A stretch of 64,000 bases of DNA from Eledone cirrhosa (lineage: Eukaryota): positions 56,730,001 through 56,794,000 of the forward strand of contig OZ024741.1 in the NCBI GenBank assembly GCA_964016885.1. The letters run 5' to 3'. Of this stretch, positions 15,007 to 30,297 are shown piece by piece. Both the position numbers and the translations under genes were made by a program. The notes beneath the pieces are model-generated. The model ran no database searches. It was not told the DNA's origin and was given only the letters and a program-made list of their open reading frames with translations. Within the stretch, counting starts at the first letter, position 1, and the number at the start of each line of letters is the position of its first letter.

Positions 15007-15241
15007 TGTGTGTATGTGTGTGTATATATATGTGTGTGTGTATATATATGTGTATGTGTGTGTATGTACATATATATATGTATATACATATATATATATA
15101 TTATATATATGTATATATATGTATATATATGTGTGTGTATGTATATATATATATATAAAGAGAGAGAGAGAGATAGATAGATATATACATAGATAGATAT
15201 AGATATATACATATGCATATATATATATATATATACGTATA

Positions 15242-15274
<33 letters not shown>

Positions 15275-15305
15275 TTATATATATATATATATATATAAAT
15301 ATATA

Positions 15306-15352
<47 letters not shown>

Positions 15353-15404
15353 GTGTGTGCGCGCGTGTGTGCGTGTGTATGCATACATTTATATAGATAC
15401 ATAT

Positions 15405-15500
<96 letters not shown>

Positions 15501-15912
15501 ATATATACTGGTCTCTTATGTACACTTCAAATTCTTTATTCCAACGTAATATGATAGACAACAAGCAGCCATTCATCGACATATCTACACTTTACCATTT
15601 ACTCTATAATAAACCAGTAATTTTACTCAATACAACCATTAATGCTTGTGTCCCCTCTAGCATTAAATACAACGCCTCTTCCATCGTCCTCCACACTGTC
15701 TGTCTGTATCATCTATTAACATACAATGTCCGGTTTCCACTTACGTATTCACATAGGTAAGTAACCCAGTTGCTTGGTCGTTGGCCCTCTTCCATTTAAC
15801 ATTTAATCAATACAAACTGAATCATTCTATTCTTACGTCATCACAGTTAAAAATTCTCTACTCTGTCTTCGAGAGTTGTAATCATTGTTTTCATTTATTA
15901 TTTGTCTGTGTG

Positions 15913-15949
<37 letters not shown>

Positions 15950-15952
<3 letters not shown>

Positions 15953-16485
15953 CATATGATGGCTGCAAACTCTGCTAAGACTATTGCAATCGCTTGTCAG
16001 ATGATAGAGTTTGGTGCACTTTTAGACTACGGCCAGTCACACAAACCTGTAACAGATCCCGAACAAGCAATGCCTGTGCTTTGAAGGTTTTTTTAAGTGA
16101 GGAAAGCCCTTGCACTCGACCAATCCCACTCTCTGAGCATCGAAAACACTACCCGAAAAGGAGAACTTGCCAACATCACCGGATGCTTCCGAAGCTGCAG
16201 GTTTTTTTCAGAGTTTCCCTCTCCTAGAAAGGTGTTGTGACAAAAACTGGGAGCCTTTCACTTCGAGGTGATAAAAAAAAAGTACTATTTGAATGGCCGT
16301 TGACTCTACCGAGTTCCTCCGCCCTTTGCCGGTTCATGTATTTCATCCCACAGGGTGTCCAAATATCACCCTCCTCACCAAGCAAGCAAGCTTGGTGGGG
16401 TTGCCGGTTTAGTCGCCGACGAGCCGACCATGAAACAGGTTGTACTGGGTTACATGTTATCAGTAGCACTCGAGAGCGACCTGAT
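15950..16485 (-). mobile_element. Bipartite RTE-derived element, full copy
   Basis: Reverse complement of the 9365-9770 family. Confidence 0.72.
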
Positions 16486-16496
16486 ATGTATATATA

Positions 16497-16960
16497 TCTA
16501 TATATATAAAACTGAGGATGTCTGTGTGTGTGTGTGTGTGTGTCTGTGAGTTTGAATCCCTAAAACTCGAGAAGTACCCAATCGATTTTTTTCTAACTTT
16601 ACATGTGTATTACTTATGTTTCAGGGAGTGTTATGCACATAACAAAATTCAACTTTTTTTTATCCCCTAGGGCCACATTAGGTGAAAAACTGCGTTTTTT
16701 TTCAGCTTTTTATGGCTTTTTTGAGGCGTTACGTCTAGCCGATTTTCCCCAAATTTCAAGGCATATTATGCACATAAAAAAATTCATTTTCTTGAACTCC
16801 TAGGGCCCGCATTAGGTGAAAACCTGCACTTTTCCTGCTCGATCGAGGAAAATCTTAAAGATTATCCAGCCATCAGAGTATTCGGTTTATTTTCTTTACA
16901 TATTGTCCAGGCATGCAGCTTTTCCACGATTAGGTCTGTTGGCTGTGGTACCACTGCTAG
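16497..16960 (+). mobile_element. Non-autonomous Helitron
   Basis: A|TC 5' end (tctatatatataaaa), internal (TG)n, subterminal hairpin gtggtaccac, CTAG|T 3' end, no TSD. Confidence 0.7.
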
Positions 16961-16974
16961 TATATGATATATAT

Positions 16975-17044
<70 letters not shown>

Positions 17045-17079
17045 GCGCACACACACACACACACATGATGAGATGGTAA

Positions 17080-19150
17080 AAGCTTTCTATCTCACACGAT
17101 CCAACATCAACTGTTTCAGTCCTTCACCAGACAATTCTGTATCTTCCTCAATTATTCTTTTTTAATGTCTTGAAAGGTCTTCCGAGTTTGCGTTTCAGGT
17201 TAGTGGGTTCCCATAGTAAATGTTTTGTAGCAGGTTCATTGCCTCTCATAACATGATCTGCAAGTTGAAGACTCCTGATTCGGATGATACGGCTAATGGG
17301 TGGGAGGTTGCCGTAGAGAATTTTGTTTGTAAAATGGTCCAGACGTTTGATGTTTTTTATCCTTCTTAACATTCATGTATAGCAACTATCTCAAGCTTTA
17401 GTGATAGGTATTGTCACTGACCATGATTAACAGGAAAACAGTAAAATGTATTCCATTGTGGTTTTGAATAAACTAACTTTTGTTTTTGTGATTATTTTAG
17501 ATTTCCACACCTTATCTAGCGAGTTCACATAGACCATGTTTGTACTATCCTGTTGTTTATATCATTTGACGAGTTGGTGTGTGCACCAAAGTATTTGAAA
17601 TCGTCTGCTTTTTGGAGAACAGTATAGCTTAATGATTTGATGTTTGTTAGTTGATCTGTGTTGATGATTATGTATTTGGTTTTGTTGATATTTAGGAAGA
17701 GCCACATAGCTTGAATAGAAACTTCTAGCTTGTGTAAGAAATCTTATGCATTACTTAATGAATCTGCACATACGACAATGTCATCTGCAAATTCCATATC
17801 TGTTAGGTGTTGTGACAGATGTCTCGTGCTTCTACGTTTTTAAAGGATAAAGCAATCAAAATCATTAATAGTAACATGTAATGCATAACCAAGGGCGATG
17901 ATACATAAATACAGAGTAAAGAGGTCGCCTTGAAGTACATGTATGACTGCCTGAAAGAAGTTAGTTTCTCCTATTGTCAGTACCGTAGCAAGATTGTTTT
18001 CGTACATGATCCTGATTCTATTAACAAGTCTGAGAGGAATACAATAGGCAAGTAGAACTTCAAACATACATTCATGGTTTCTGTTAACAAAATCTTTTCG
18101 AAAGTCTATCAAAGTAATACGGCTTCTTTTTGATGATTTCTTACTTCTTAGATTAGACCTCGGAGGGCCATAATCTGTGATGAAGTAAATCTAGATTATC
18201 TAAATCCATTTTTGGTTTAGTCATAGGTTTCTTTTGGTTTCTGGTCGAAGTCTGTTCAAGATAAGGTGATTATAAATTTTGGCAGCCACCTGTGTCAGAC
18301 TTATTACACGATAATTGCCTGGTTTTCTAAGGTAGCCTATTCTTGGGCATAGGTACTATTGCAGAAATACCCCATTCTTCTGGTCAAAATTGTCTATGGA
18401 CTTGGACCTCACCTAATGTTGGTCTTTATATAATTGATTATATTTTCTGCAGAAAGAAATGACGCAACAGCATCCATGATTGCCAAGCCCATTCTTCCTC
18501 AAATCCGATTGGATCAGATCACCAAATAATTGTTAGTAAATGCAAACCCTGCCTTCGTGCACCAAGGAAAATTCCATCAAAAACTCTTAAGTAGAATGCT
18601 TTGTCTAACCCTAATGTAGCTGCAAAAGTTGAAAATGAAATAATAGAAAAATAGACACCCTCATCTGTCAAATCATACAAGGATTACGTTGAATTCAACA
18701 CTGAGATAGGAAGGCAGCCCTCCCTCAAAATCCGAAATCTTGTCTTCAGAACCACGCTCAGTAACTACAGCCTGTTCCAATGTCTTACAATTTAAGATTA
18801 CGGACATACAAACAAACCAGCAACGGCTACAAGAAAATGTATTGCGAGGAAGAAAACAAGAGAATGAATATTGTTCTCAACTCCTTCGACAATTACAAGT
18901 CTATTGACAACCAAAAGAACGCATGGAAATTGATAAAGAAATTATCAGGTAAAAAGAACTTAAGCGTGACATTTATCGAGTGCGAGGAACGTCTCAATGC
19001 ACTGCTGAATAACTACAGCGCCATAAACAACGAATTCACGATCAAACGTTTATACCATGTCATCAATACTAATATTTCTGTTAAATTTTTTTCTCTGGCT
19101 GAAATTTTTTTCTCTGAAATTTTTTTCTAAATCAGATGAAAAATAATAAC
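17080..19150. mobile_element. Decayed RTE-like LINE with inverted 5' part
   Basis: 17080-18400 (-) carries NYR, IDFRKDF, VLQGD, DFKYFG and GRP motifs. 18410-19150 (+) carries GSDH and the tether (AWKLIKKLSGKK). Confidence 0.75.
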
Positions 19151-19438
19151 ACGTATATATATATATAAGTCTAAAGTCTGTCTTAAGCCAGGGGGATAAT
19201 TTGGCCGGAGCTTATCCCGGTTTCATGGCATGAAGCGACTGAGAGTACAAGACTCCTCCTTGGACAGGACGCCATTCCATCGCAGGGTTAAACCCCCAGC
19301 TATTGCTGGTACTCATTTTCAGCTGAATATACTGGAGCAACGTGAAATGAACTATTTTGCTCAAGAACAAAACACGCAACCCACGACATTATGATGGTAA
19401 GTCCAACAGTCTTACCACGTGCCTCCACATATATATAC

Positions 19439-19536
<98 letters not shown>

Positions 19537-21596
19537 ATGAACCCGCAACACCTGGTCGCCATAGTGACGTACGGCATTTCGCAGGCATTTAAACAAAACC
19601 CTGGATATATATACGTTTATATATTTGCGCCTATACAAATATACATATAAACATAAGCATCCATTTCTTCACTCTGAAACAGCAAACTTATTGAATTAGC
19701 CTGTAAAGTTGCTGAAAATATTCCACGAATATGTTTATCCTTTACATCGTTCTCAAATAGAACCACCGTGAAATAGTGCGACATAACTGAACATTTGAAT
19801 TACAGTTATGGTCTATAAGACGACCCAAATTCCCTCAAACGTCATAGGTCAACCCAAAACTATCGTATATGACACTTGCCCAAGCTGCCACCCTGTAGGA
19901 CTGAACACAGAGCTTCAGCGAATTACTGGAATTCTCGGCTATGAGTACATCAATTACACCCCACACTCATAAACACATATAGATAAATGTATGTATGTAA
20001 CTGATAACATATATAACTGTGGCGATGTATGTACTGATCCGTAACTGTTAGTGGAGTCGTAGGGGTGCCGTGGGGACATATGGTGTTTCTTAGACATTTT
20101 AAACATGGCGGAGTCTATCTCCACTCCAGACCTCAACATAGCTGATTTCTACCAAAGAAAGAGTGAGAGTAATATAGAGAAAGTAAGAAAGAAATATTGA
20201 GAAAGAATCGACGCCAAACTGGCACAACCTTGAAAGGAAGGAAGGCAAAGTGGACCTCTGCGGGATTTGAACTCAGAGAGCAGAGAGCCGGTACGAATAC
20301 CACAAAGCATTCTTATCCGATGTTCTAACGACCAATTCGCAGCCTACATACATACATAACTACATACATACATACATACATACATACATACATACATACA
20401 TACATACATACATAACTACATACATACATACATACATACATACATACATACATACATACATACATACATACATAACTACATACATACATACATACATACA
20501 TACATACATACATACAAACATACATAATGGCTGCCCCCTCGTCATCGAGTATGGCCATTGCACGATATAACATTATTAATAATTATTAATTAATTCTATC
20601 GTGCAATGCCTGTGCGTGAAGATATTTTTTAAAGTGAGGAAAGACTGTGCACTGAGCCAATCCCACTCTCTGAGCAACAATAGCTATAACCCGAAAAGAA
20701 GAAAGATCAACATGCACACATACATACATACATACATACATACATACATACATACATACATACATACATACATACATACATACATACATACATACATACA
20801 TACATACATAGAGACAGACGGACAGACAAAAAGCAAAACAAACGAAGGTCCAAAACATATAATATACGACGATCTTTGACACAGTTCACGTCAACCCAAA
20901 GCCATAGTAGGAGACTGGTACTTCCTTTATCGACCTTGAAAGGAAGGGAGGCAAAATTGACCTTGGCGGGATTTGAAATCAGAGCGCAGAGAGCCAGAAG
21001 GAATACCACAAGGTATTCTATCCGACGTTTTAATGACTGCTAAATACGCCGCCTTAATTTAATGATGTGATAGGTAAATAATTGATTATGCACAGAATAG
21101 ATAAACATTTCAACATATCACTTAGTGAATCAATTACGTTAATGTCCTCTTTTTTTTTGTTGGCAAATTATTCTCTTCTTTTACTCATTTACTGGGTTCA
21201 GTGATTAGATTGCGGTATTGTCGGAGCACCGCCAGTGGGGGTGGAGTGGAGTGAGGTGAGGTAGGGTGGGTGGGATCTAGGTATTGAATCGATCGTATCG
21301 ACCACAGTCTATACGTATTTCAAGGGTGGTACTTAATTTATAGATTTCATAAACACGGACACACGTGGACAGGAACACATACCGACACACGCACACACAC
21401 ACACACACACGCAAACACACACACACACACATACACATATATATATGTACACACATACACACACATGTATATATACGGTGCGTTCCAAAATTTGTATACA
21501 CACTTCAACAGTGTTCTAGTAAATATTGCCTGTACAGGTAATCAAAGTGTGTATACATTTTTGTGGAATACCTTGTATATATATATATATATATAT

Positions 21597-22662
21597 ATTG
21601 TTATACTTTGTCATGCTGCCAATAAAAATACACGCACCTGTTGGTTTTCACTTCAATTTATTATAAATTTCCGGTTGGTTCTATAACTGGATGGTTGTAC
21701 ATATATTGTCAAAGCTCTTCATCACACATTCTGTGACCTCCTCAGTAACTGGATTTTCATTTTGTGTCTCACCTTTGTTCTGTCCTACCCCATCTTGTGT
21801 TTGTGTGTTGTGTGCTTGGTTTGCGCATGCGTTACATCCGGGTGTGTGTGTATTTTTATTTATTTATTTACACGTTTATTTACTTGTCACTAGCTGGTTG
21901 TTTATTCTTTCTGTGTGTGTGTCTGATTTGTTTTATTAGTTTGGTTTTTGTGTGTCTGTATGTCTTTATTTTGTCCTTAATTACTAGTTGGTTAGAGTTC
22001 GTTTGTTTGTCGCCTCTGTAATTTGTTGGAGCATTGCGTCTTTTTTGTGTGTGGATATAATTTTTATCTCTATTCTCTCCAGTGTGCCCCTATGTTCTAT
22101 TTTGGTATGTTGGTGGTGTACTGATGAGTTTTTCCCATCCTGGAGTTCTCGCCAGTGTTTACTTATCCTTTCTCCTATGCTACGAGCTGTTTCACCTATG
22201 TATGTTGTGTTCTTATTCCTACACAGTCCCTCAGTACACCTTATGCTATATACTACGTTCTTATTTTGCAGTTAGTTTGCGGGCTTAGTTTGCAAACTAT
22301 GCATTTCCTCTCAGTTCAGTGGGTTCTTTGAAATGGATATTTTTAGTAATTAGGGTTTTTATGCGAATACGTAGTCTTTCAACTATCTTAATATTTAATT
22401 TGCGCTTATCTAGGGTCCTTCTAAATCTGTAGGCTAGTTCGCCTCTAGGGCTTATATTGACAAATATCACACTCTGGTATTTACTGCTATCATATCATGA
22501 GTTGATTTTATTTGCCTTTCTCCTAATCCTTTCTATTCTGTTCCAAAATTTGCTCCTATACATGGGGCAAGACCCATTTGCATCATTTTCTACAATCTTT
22601 ACCCATTTGGTCCTGGCTCCTTTATATACCCTGATCTTGTCTCTCTGATTGTAGCCAAAGAA
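21597..22662 (-). mobile_element. Decayed Neptune-like PLE 3' half (thumb/linker, GIY-YIG, pLTR with hammerhead)
   Basis: Minus strand of about 22080-22270 reads LQNKNVVYSIRCTEGLC..TYIGETARSIGERISKH. Upstream GSCPMYRSKFWNRIER. Terminus shared with 61544-61690. Confidence 0.8.
21708..21749 (-). ncRNA. Decayed hammerhead in the Neptune-like pLTR
   Basis: Minus strand: gtta-CTGAGGA-g-gtcac agaatgt gtgat-GAAg agctt-tgac. Homologous to 61487-61531. Confidence 0.55.
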
Positions 22663-22665
22663 CAA

Positions 22666-22768
<103 letters not shown>

Positions 22769-23334
22769 GTTACATGGCTTACAGAGGCGGCGTATTCTGT
22801 CCTTGAACAAGACACTTTATTTTACGTTGTCTCCGTGAATGTGAGCTTTACCTGAAATTCAAAAGATCAGACTTGCCATACGCTGTATCACGTTGAATCT
22901 CCCTGAGAATTGCGTTATGGGTACGCACGTCTGTAGAATGCTCAGCCACTTTCACGTTAATATCAGTAGCAGACTTCCGTTCCGTTAGTCGAACAACTGA
23001 AACACACATCTGGGAACCAACAGATGTTCAACGCTACACGTGTCTGTAGAATGCTCAGACATTTGCACATAGATTTCTAAAGCTGACTGATTCGTTGGTG
23101 AAACAACTGGAACACGCGTCGTCAGAATTGAGGGGCCTCCAACAGCATCGTTCGCCTCTTCATCAAACATGCCCATGTATTTCATAGATCCAGTAAATAT
23201 ATATTTCCATGATATCAAAACCGAAGTTTCTTCTGTTTTTTCTAAGTATATAGAACAAAAAATATTGGAAATGTTCCACTAACGATTCATCTCCTAAATC
23301 TGGGGATCTTTAAAATAGATTTACAGTTGTTCAA

Positions 23335-23367
<33 letters not shown>

Positions 23368-23507
23368 GGGGGGGTGTACGTGTGTGTGTGACGTGTGCGT
23401 GTGTGTGTGTGTGTTTATTTGTGTGTGTATCATATAAGCATGTGAACAAATATACGCACACAAACACACTCAGACACATGAACATAATCTATATGTATAT
23501 ATGTATT

Positions 23508-23558
<51 letters not shown>

Positions 23559-23747
23559 ATACAAAGACTATTTATTAAGCCTTCATTGCGTTTATTGATT
23601 GGTGACGCGCGTTTCGCTATTGATCAGCTCAAGGTTCGATCTGTATCGATCTGCCTTGACTCTGAAATCAAAAGCTCTGCACCTCGCAAACTGACGTGAA
23701 CCTAAACATCGAGTGCTCACCTGGGTGAACCTACAGTAATTTCACGT

Positions 23748-23842
<95 letters not shown>

Positions 23843-24210
23843 ATTATAATTATACATTTGTAATAATAATTGTAATTGTAAGAGTGTCAATAATGTCACT
23901 ATGTGTATATATTAGTATGTTTATATATTTTCCGTATGTCACTATATAGATTGTTCTAGTGGATAGGGTATGTATATATATCCGTATGTATATATGTTTA
24001 GACTATATAGAGATGAAGTGCACAGTATTAATGGTGTATGTGTTATTTATGTGTAAATTATTTATGGTATTTATGTAACGTATTGCATTTAACTGCATTT
24101 GTTTGGAGTATTATATATACATATATGCCTAAGATTGGTTTGTTGACTAAAGCGGTTGTAAGATAGTGATATTTTATTTAGAGAAAGTTACGTTGACATC
24201 TTCTAATTCA

Positions 24211-24249
<39 letters not shown>

Positions 24250-24259
24250 TATACATATA

Positions 24260-24372
<113 letters not shown>

Positions 24373-24386
24373 TTAATATAGATGAG

Positions 24387-24433
24387 ATTCTACAGGACTA
24401 GAACTGTTTCATTCTTTAGAAATCATCAGGAAT
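24387..24433 (-). ncRNA. Type I hammerhead ribozyme (left arm, exact mirror copy)
   Basis: Reverse complement of 24432-24478. Confidence 0.78.
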
Positions 24434-24478
24434 TCCTGATGATTTCTAAAGAATGAAACAGTTCTAGTCCTGTAGAAT
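24432..24478 (+). ncRNA. Type I hammerhead ribozyme (right arm of palindrome)
   Basis: attc-CTGATGA-t ttc taaa gaa t-GAAAcag ttctagtc ctgTA-gaat. Confidence 0.8.
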
Positions 24479-24562
24479 CTCATCTATATTAAAACTTTTA
24501 TACTCTGCAATGTATTGAGTACCTTACTTACTGTGGTTACCTCCGATTCAACCCGGAATAAC

Positions 24563-24603
<41 letters not shown>

Positions 24604-24645
24604 CACATATACATATATATTTATATATATATATATATATATAGG

Positions 24646-24736
<91 letters not shown>

Positions 24737-24878
24737 GACAACACAAATATATATGGTTCCATACAGGTGAGCGCAGAAATCACTTAAAAACAGTGTAATG
24801 TATAATTAGATTTATTCATATTCTTGCAAGAGGGCTAGAGAAGTTCAGCTAAGCATGTACTCGCGCTAAGCGGTATAC

Positions 24879-25017
<139 letters not shown>

Positions 25018-25075
25018 AATGTATTGATCCACACAGCACACACTGGCATATATATATATGTTTATTGACACACAC

Positions 25076-25150
<75 letters not shown>

Positions 25151-27439
25151 ACGTGTATGTCTAAATCGATTTTCAATGCAATTGAGGAAGCTTCACTTCG
25201 AATTATGGAAATCTTATTCAGTAACACATCAATCCAATGATAATATTTTCCCGTGGAATTATTCTAACAGTATACACCTAGAGTCACATCCATGACGGTT
25301 TTAAGTTGCATATTTGTCACTAGAGGACACGCATACGCTCATAAAGATACAAGCATACATTCATATATATGCGTATGTATGTGTATTATAGCACAGGAAA
25401 ACGGTACAGCACATATTAGTTTTACGCTTGATATAGTAGCAAGAGAATCGTAACGTTTCTGACGTTAGTCCTTTATCGGACTATGGAAGAGGGATATAAA
25501 AAGAAATAGAAAGATAGACATTAGTAAGAAGAGGAAAGAAAGAATTGTTTTTCCTTTTTTTTTTTATTCAAAAGGAAAGCACGTGTGTGTTTAGTCAGCG
25601 ATTTCGGGTAGTGCAGTTAAGAATGCATCTTATATATAGTAGAGATTTTGAAAGGGAGGTAATCCTTTGTGTATATGTGGATCTGCATGTTTGAGTGTAT
25701 GTGTATGTGTGTGTATATCTAGCTGTGCAAAGTTGTGAGGGTGTGAATGTCTGATGTGCATCAGACCGTGACAACGCTAGCGTTGCTGTAAAGAGAGTAG
25801 ATGTGTGGATGGTTGGACGTGCACCCGAGTGGGTGTGTTAGTAAGTAAGTAGTTGAGTAGGTATGTAGGCCTACATATGTGTATATGTGTATATTCATAC
25901 GTACACATGTGAGTGCAGTTCACGTATACTCTTTTATACTTTTACCTGTTCCAGCCATCCGGCTGAGGCCATGCTGGGACACCACGTTGTAAAATCAAAT
26001 TAATTCTACAATCCCAGATAGGGAATGAACTGAGAAGCTTCACAATGGAAGCTACAAATTCGAGCAGTCTTGCCAACTGAGCCACTAGGACACTTGTATA
26101 TATGTGTATTTGTGCATAAGGCCGTCACATACGGTGAAGCAGTTGTAAGGTGATGTATGGAAAGACAAGCGGTTGGAAGCATGTTCGTCGCTCCGTCCCA
26201 TATTGTGGTTATGACCGTAAGAGATATCGCGAAGCATTACGTACGGTGCAACGTCAATAAAACCGTAGACCACCGAGCTACGAAGTGTGAAGTCACTGTG
26301 TACGTGGAGAAGGATTAAGCCAAGATTTTGTGTGGGGTCCAGAATACAACACCATTTACATCCGACGGTAACACGCATAGGAGTCACAAGCAACTAGTAT
26401 ATTTACTTTCTCGGGTTACTGATTTGAAACTCTATTGAACCTCACGGACAACATCGGTAGCGTGGAGAGGGGAGACTTGCTGTATGGCCAAATGTTGAGC
26501 TCCCCAATGAAAAAAAAACTTATCCTGGCCTATTCCCTGAGGTGCAAATAACTGGTCAACCTTGATCGACGAACACCTAAAGCCTGCAAGGATACAATGA
26601 TATTAACTATATGAAAACAGAAAACATTGGATATACTTTTCCAGGAAAATAGTTGAAGAAGACTATAAAAGAAGCAACGATACTGTTGTGCAGATAATCC
26701 ATTGGGAATTATTTGAAATCAGCAATAAAATCCTAGACGTAACATTAACATCATTTCCGAAGTATATTGGAGTCTCTAACAAAGTTTATATTCCGCGTAC
26801 TTTCAACATCAATAAAACCCTGCTATAGAAAATATACGAGAAATGGATAAGAAAGAAAAACACTGCAATGAAATCTTTGATATTTTGGTACCATCTTAGC
26901 TTATTGGCTTAAAAGGATGAAAGTGGATATATGGTGAATTAGGGAGATCTCAAGCATGAGGCTGTAGCGAATGTTTCTTTGATAATAAAATACATCAAAT
27001 TCGGCACAGACAGCACCACAGAAAGACAGATACTGCAAGAACTTTACAAATGAACTCTGGTGGATTAGATGATATGGCTAATGTACGGATTTGAATTTAG
27101 AGAAAATATACGATAACATTGAGAATGCCATTAAATATTCAAGGAAAACGTGAGGCAAAATAGTAAAAACTTATGTAGAGACATATTAGTTCTTTATTGG
27201 TCGGTTGTTTGGTATTCATTGTCTGTTGCAAATTGGCTGAGTCATTAGAATATCGGATAAAATAGTTTGCGGTGTTCTTGCTGTGAGTCCACCGAAGTCC
27301 ATTTTGCTTTTCTTCCTTTCAAAGTCGTTAAATAATGTACTGGTCCAGTGTTGGAGTGAATGTTCCCTCTATATTTCTCCCGTAATTTTTCTCCCACACA
27401 CACATATCTCTCTCTTTCTCTCTGCAAGAAACCGTCTGT

Positions 27440-28450
27440 TTTGAGCATAATAGTCGGGCAGAGTGAGTTGAGACTGTTAAAAGGGAGGTTAATGAACAAG
27501 CACACCAACAACCTGATTTGATATCTCGGTTGAATATCTCTGTTGAAACCTTTAAAAGGCAGGCCAATAAATTAACCAACTGGAAATCACCAGCCCCAAA
27601 GGTTGTGCAAAGATATTGAACTACAAATATAAAGTCTCTCCTCCCGGTACTGACGGCTATGTTCAATGACTGTTTCGTGTTAGGTAAAGTACTGCAGTGG
27701 TTGACAAAAGTACCCACTGTTCTAATATTGAAACACTAAGCCAAGGGAAATGACGTTACCAACTATAGGCCTATTACATGTCTGTCCTTCATGTGGAAAT
27801 TACTAACAAACATTATGTCTTAGGAAATCTACCACCCCTCGACATAAACAACTTATTTCCAGAGGAACGGAAAGGATGCCGAAGGAAGTCCAGTGGTACA
27901 AAAGATCAGTTATTTATTGACAAGATGGTAATAAGGAACTGCCATAGGAGGCATACTGGTCTTACCATGGGATGGGTAGATTACAAGAAGGCATTCGACA
28001 TGGCTCCTCATTCTTGGATAACCAACTGTAGAGAAATCTTCAAGGTGGCGGAAAACATCAGACTGCTATTAAGTAATAGCATAAATACAAGGGAAGAATC
28101 CTTGAGAGGAGCGAAAATCAAGAGAAAATCTTCCAAGGAGTCTGTCTCCTTTATTGTTTGTCCTTACCCTCATACCCTAGTCCCTCGTATTGCGAAGAGC
28201 AAAGGCAGGATACTAACCGGGAAGGGGAGAGCTTACAATCAACCACCCCCTCTTCATGGACAACCTGAAACTCTTCGCGAAGAGCGAGAAGGAGTTGGGT
28301 GTACTTGTTAACACTGTTCGTATTTTCAACAATGATATGGAATTTGGTGTTAATTGGTGTTAGTTAGTGTGGAGCTCTAGAGATGAGCAGGGGTAAATTG
28401 AAGAAAAGCAAAGGAATCGAAGTACCAACAGAAGAAATAATGTTCCTGAT
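27440..28450 (+). mobile_element. Decayed R4/Dong-type RT fragment
   Basis: NYRPITC, PEERKGCRRKSSGTKDQLFID, WVDYKKAFD..PH and FMDNLKLF in shifting frames. Confidence 0.8.
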
Positions 28451-29109
28451 GGATTAAAAAATATTTTCCTATGTCAGCATGTCAGGAAGTGAATATGTCT
28501 GAAAATCAATTTATTACAAACCACCAACTAGAAATTATTGGGAAAATATGACCGATCTATCTTTTGGACCAATAACTTGTCAGAAAGCACTACGAAAGTT
28601 TTAGAACAATGTTTTATGCAATATATGTATAAGTTGGTCCTCCGTCTGTTCCGACGACCTGTGTTCCAGTTGATTCGATCAACGGAACAGCCTGCTTATG
28701 AAATTAACGTGAAAGTAGATGAGCATTCCAGACATGTGCAACTTTAACGTAGTTCTCATTGAGATTTAACGTTACACAGTGTATGACAAACCTGACCCTT
28801 TGTATTATAGGTACAGCTTAGTTTCTTCCAGCTGAGTGAGCTGGAGCAACGTGAAATAACACGTCCTATTCAAGTACACAACGCACCGCCAGGAATCGAA
28901 CTAAGGATCTTACTATCATGCGTCAAACGCCCAAATCTCTAAGCCATACGCCTTCACAATGTACATATATATATCCATGTATTCTTGACGGGCGTGAACA
29001 TGAATACTCAATATCATAGAGTTTAAATATTCATTAATACAAAGTAGTGACATAATAAATGTACACACACACACACACACACACAGATATATATATATTT
29101 ATATATATA

Positions 29110-30077
29110 AAACTAGTATTATATGGAGAACTATTGCATGGTAAACGCCTTCAATGCAAGCTACACAAGCGCTTTAAAGACTGCCTGACAGATACCCTGA
29201 AGAAGTTAATATCAATACCGAAATATAGGAAAATCTTGCAACAGACAGAGCCCAGAGGCGAAACCTGATTGCTACCGGTGTTAAAAGAAGATGAATGCCT
29301 ATGCCAGTGAAGTGAGCAGCTAAATATATGGGGGATGTTAGTCCGCTTACAGAACGAGACTTTTACCTGTGAAGCAGACATGTATGTCAATGGCTGCACT
29401 ATTAAGCCATAGCAGACGTCATGCTCATGCAAATAACACATTTGAGTACCCCTTACACCTTTATTTTGCATGTAGCATCTGTACCAAAGTGTGTCACACT
29501 GCAGGTGGGCTAACACGGCACCACAGAGCATGCCACACCAAGCCGGCGGAAGACTTACCTGCACACTGTATGGTGCGACATGTAAGTCATTTCCTGGTTT
29601 AATTAGCCATCAAAGGCGGCATCAATAACAGCAATATAAATAACATGTTTTGTCATTTTTTTTTTTTTTTTTTGTTCTAAGAAATGTCATCCACTATGTA
29701 TGTATGTATGTATGTATGTATGGGCATTGCTGTTGCAATTCCAGACGGCGAGGGTCCTCCTATGGTGCTGACATGCAGCGTCTGTGCGAGACTCTGCCTA
29801 AGCAAAGCTGGATTCGAAAGTCATCTTTGCAGTCATAAAGTAAGACCAGTGGTTGACTACCAGGCTGCTGTTGGAGATGCTACTCATCATGCTTGCCAAA
29901 CATGTGGTAGAGAATGTAAATCAGCAGGAGGGCTCAAGCGACATGCAAAAGTACACGAACTCCAACCACAGCCGACTATTCCCAGTGAATGTTTTGGTTG
30001 CCGACTCTTTCCAAGACATTTTAGATCATGGGTTGGGCTAAAAAGCCACATTCGATCGCAGCGCTGTTAGTTGCTAT

Positions 30078-30116
<39 letters not shown>

Positions 30117-30264
30117 GTGTTTGTGTGTGTGCGTGTGTGTATATATATATATAGATGTATATTATTATTGTTGTTGTCGTTATTATTATTGTTGTTATTA
30201 TTATTATTATTATTATTATTGTTATTAATGTATATGTGTGTGTGTGTGTGTGTGTATGTGTATA

Positions 30265-30297
<33 letters not shown>

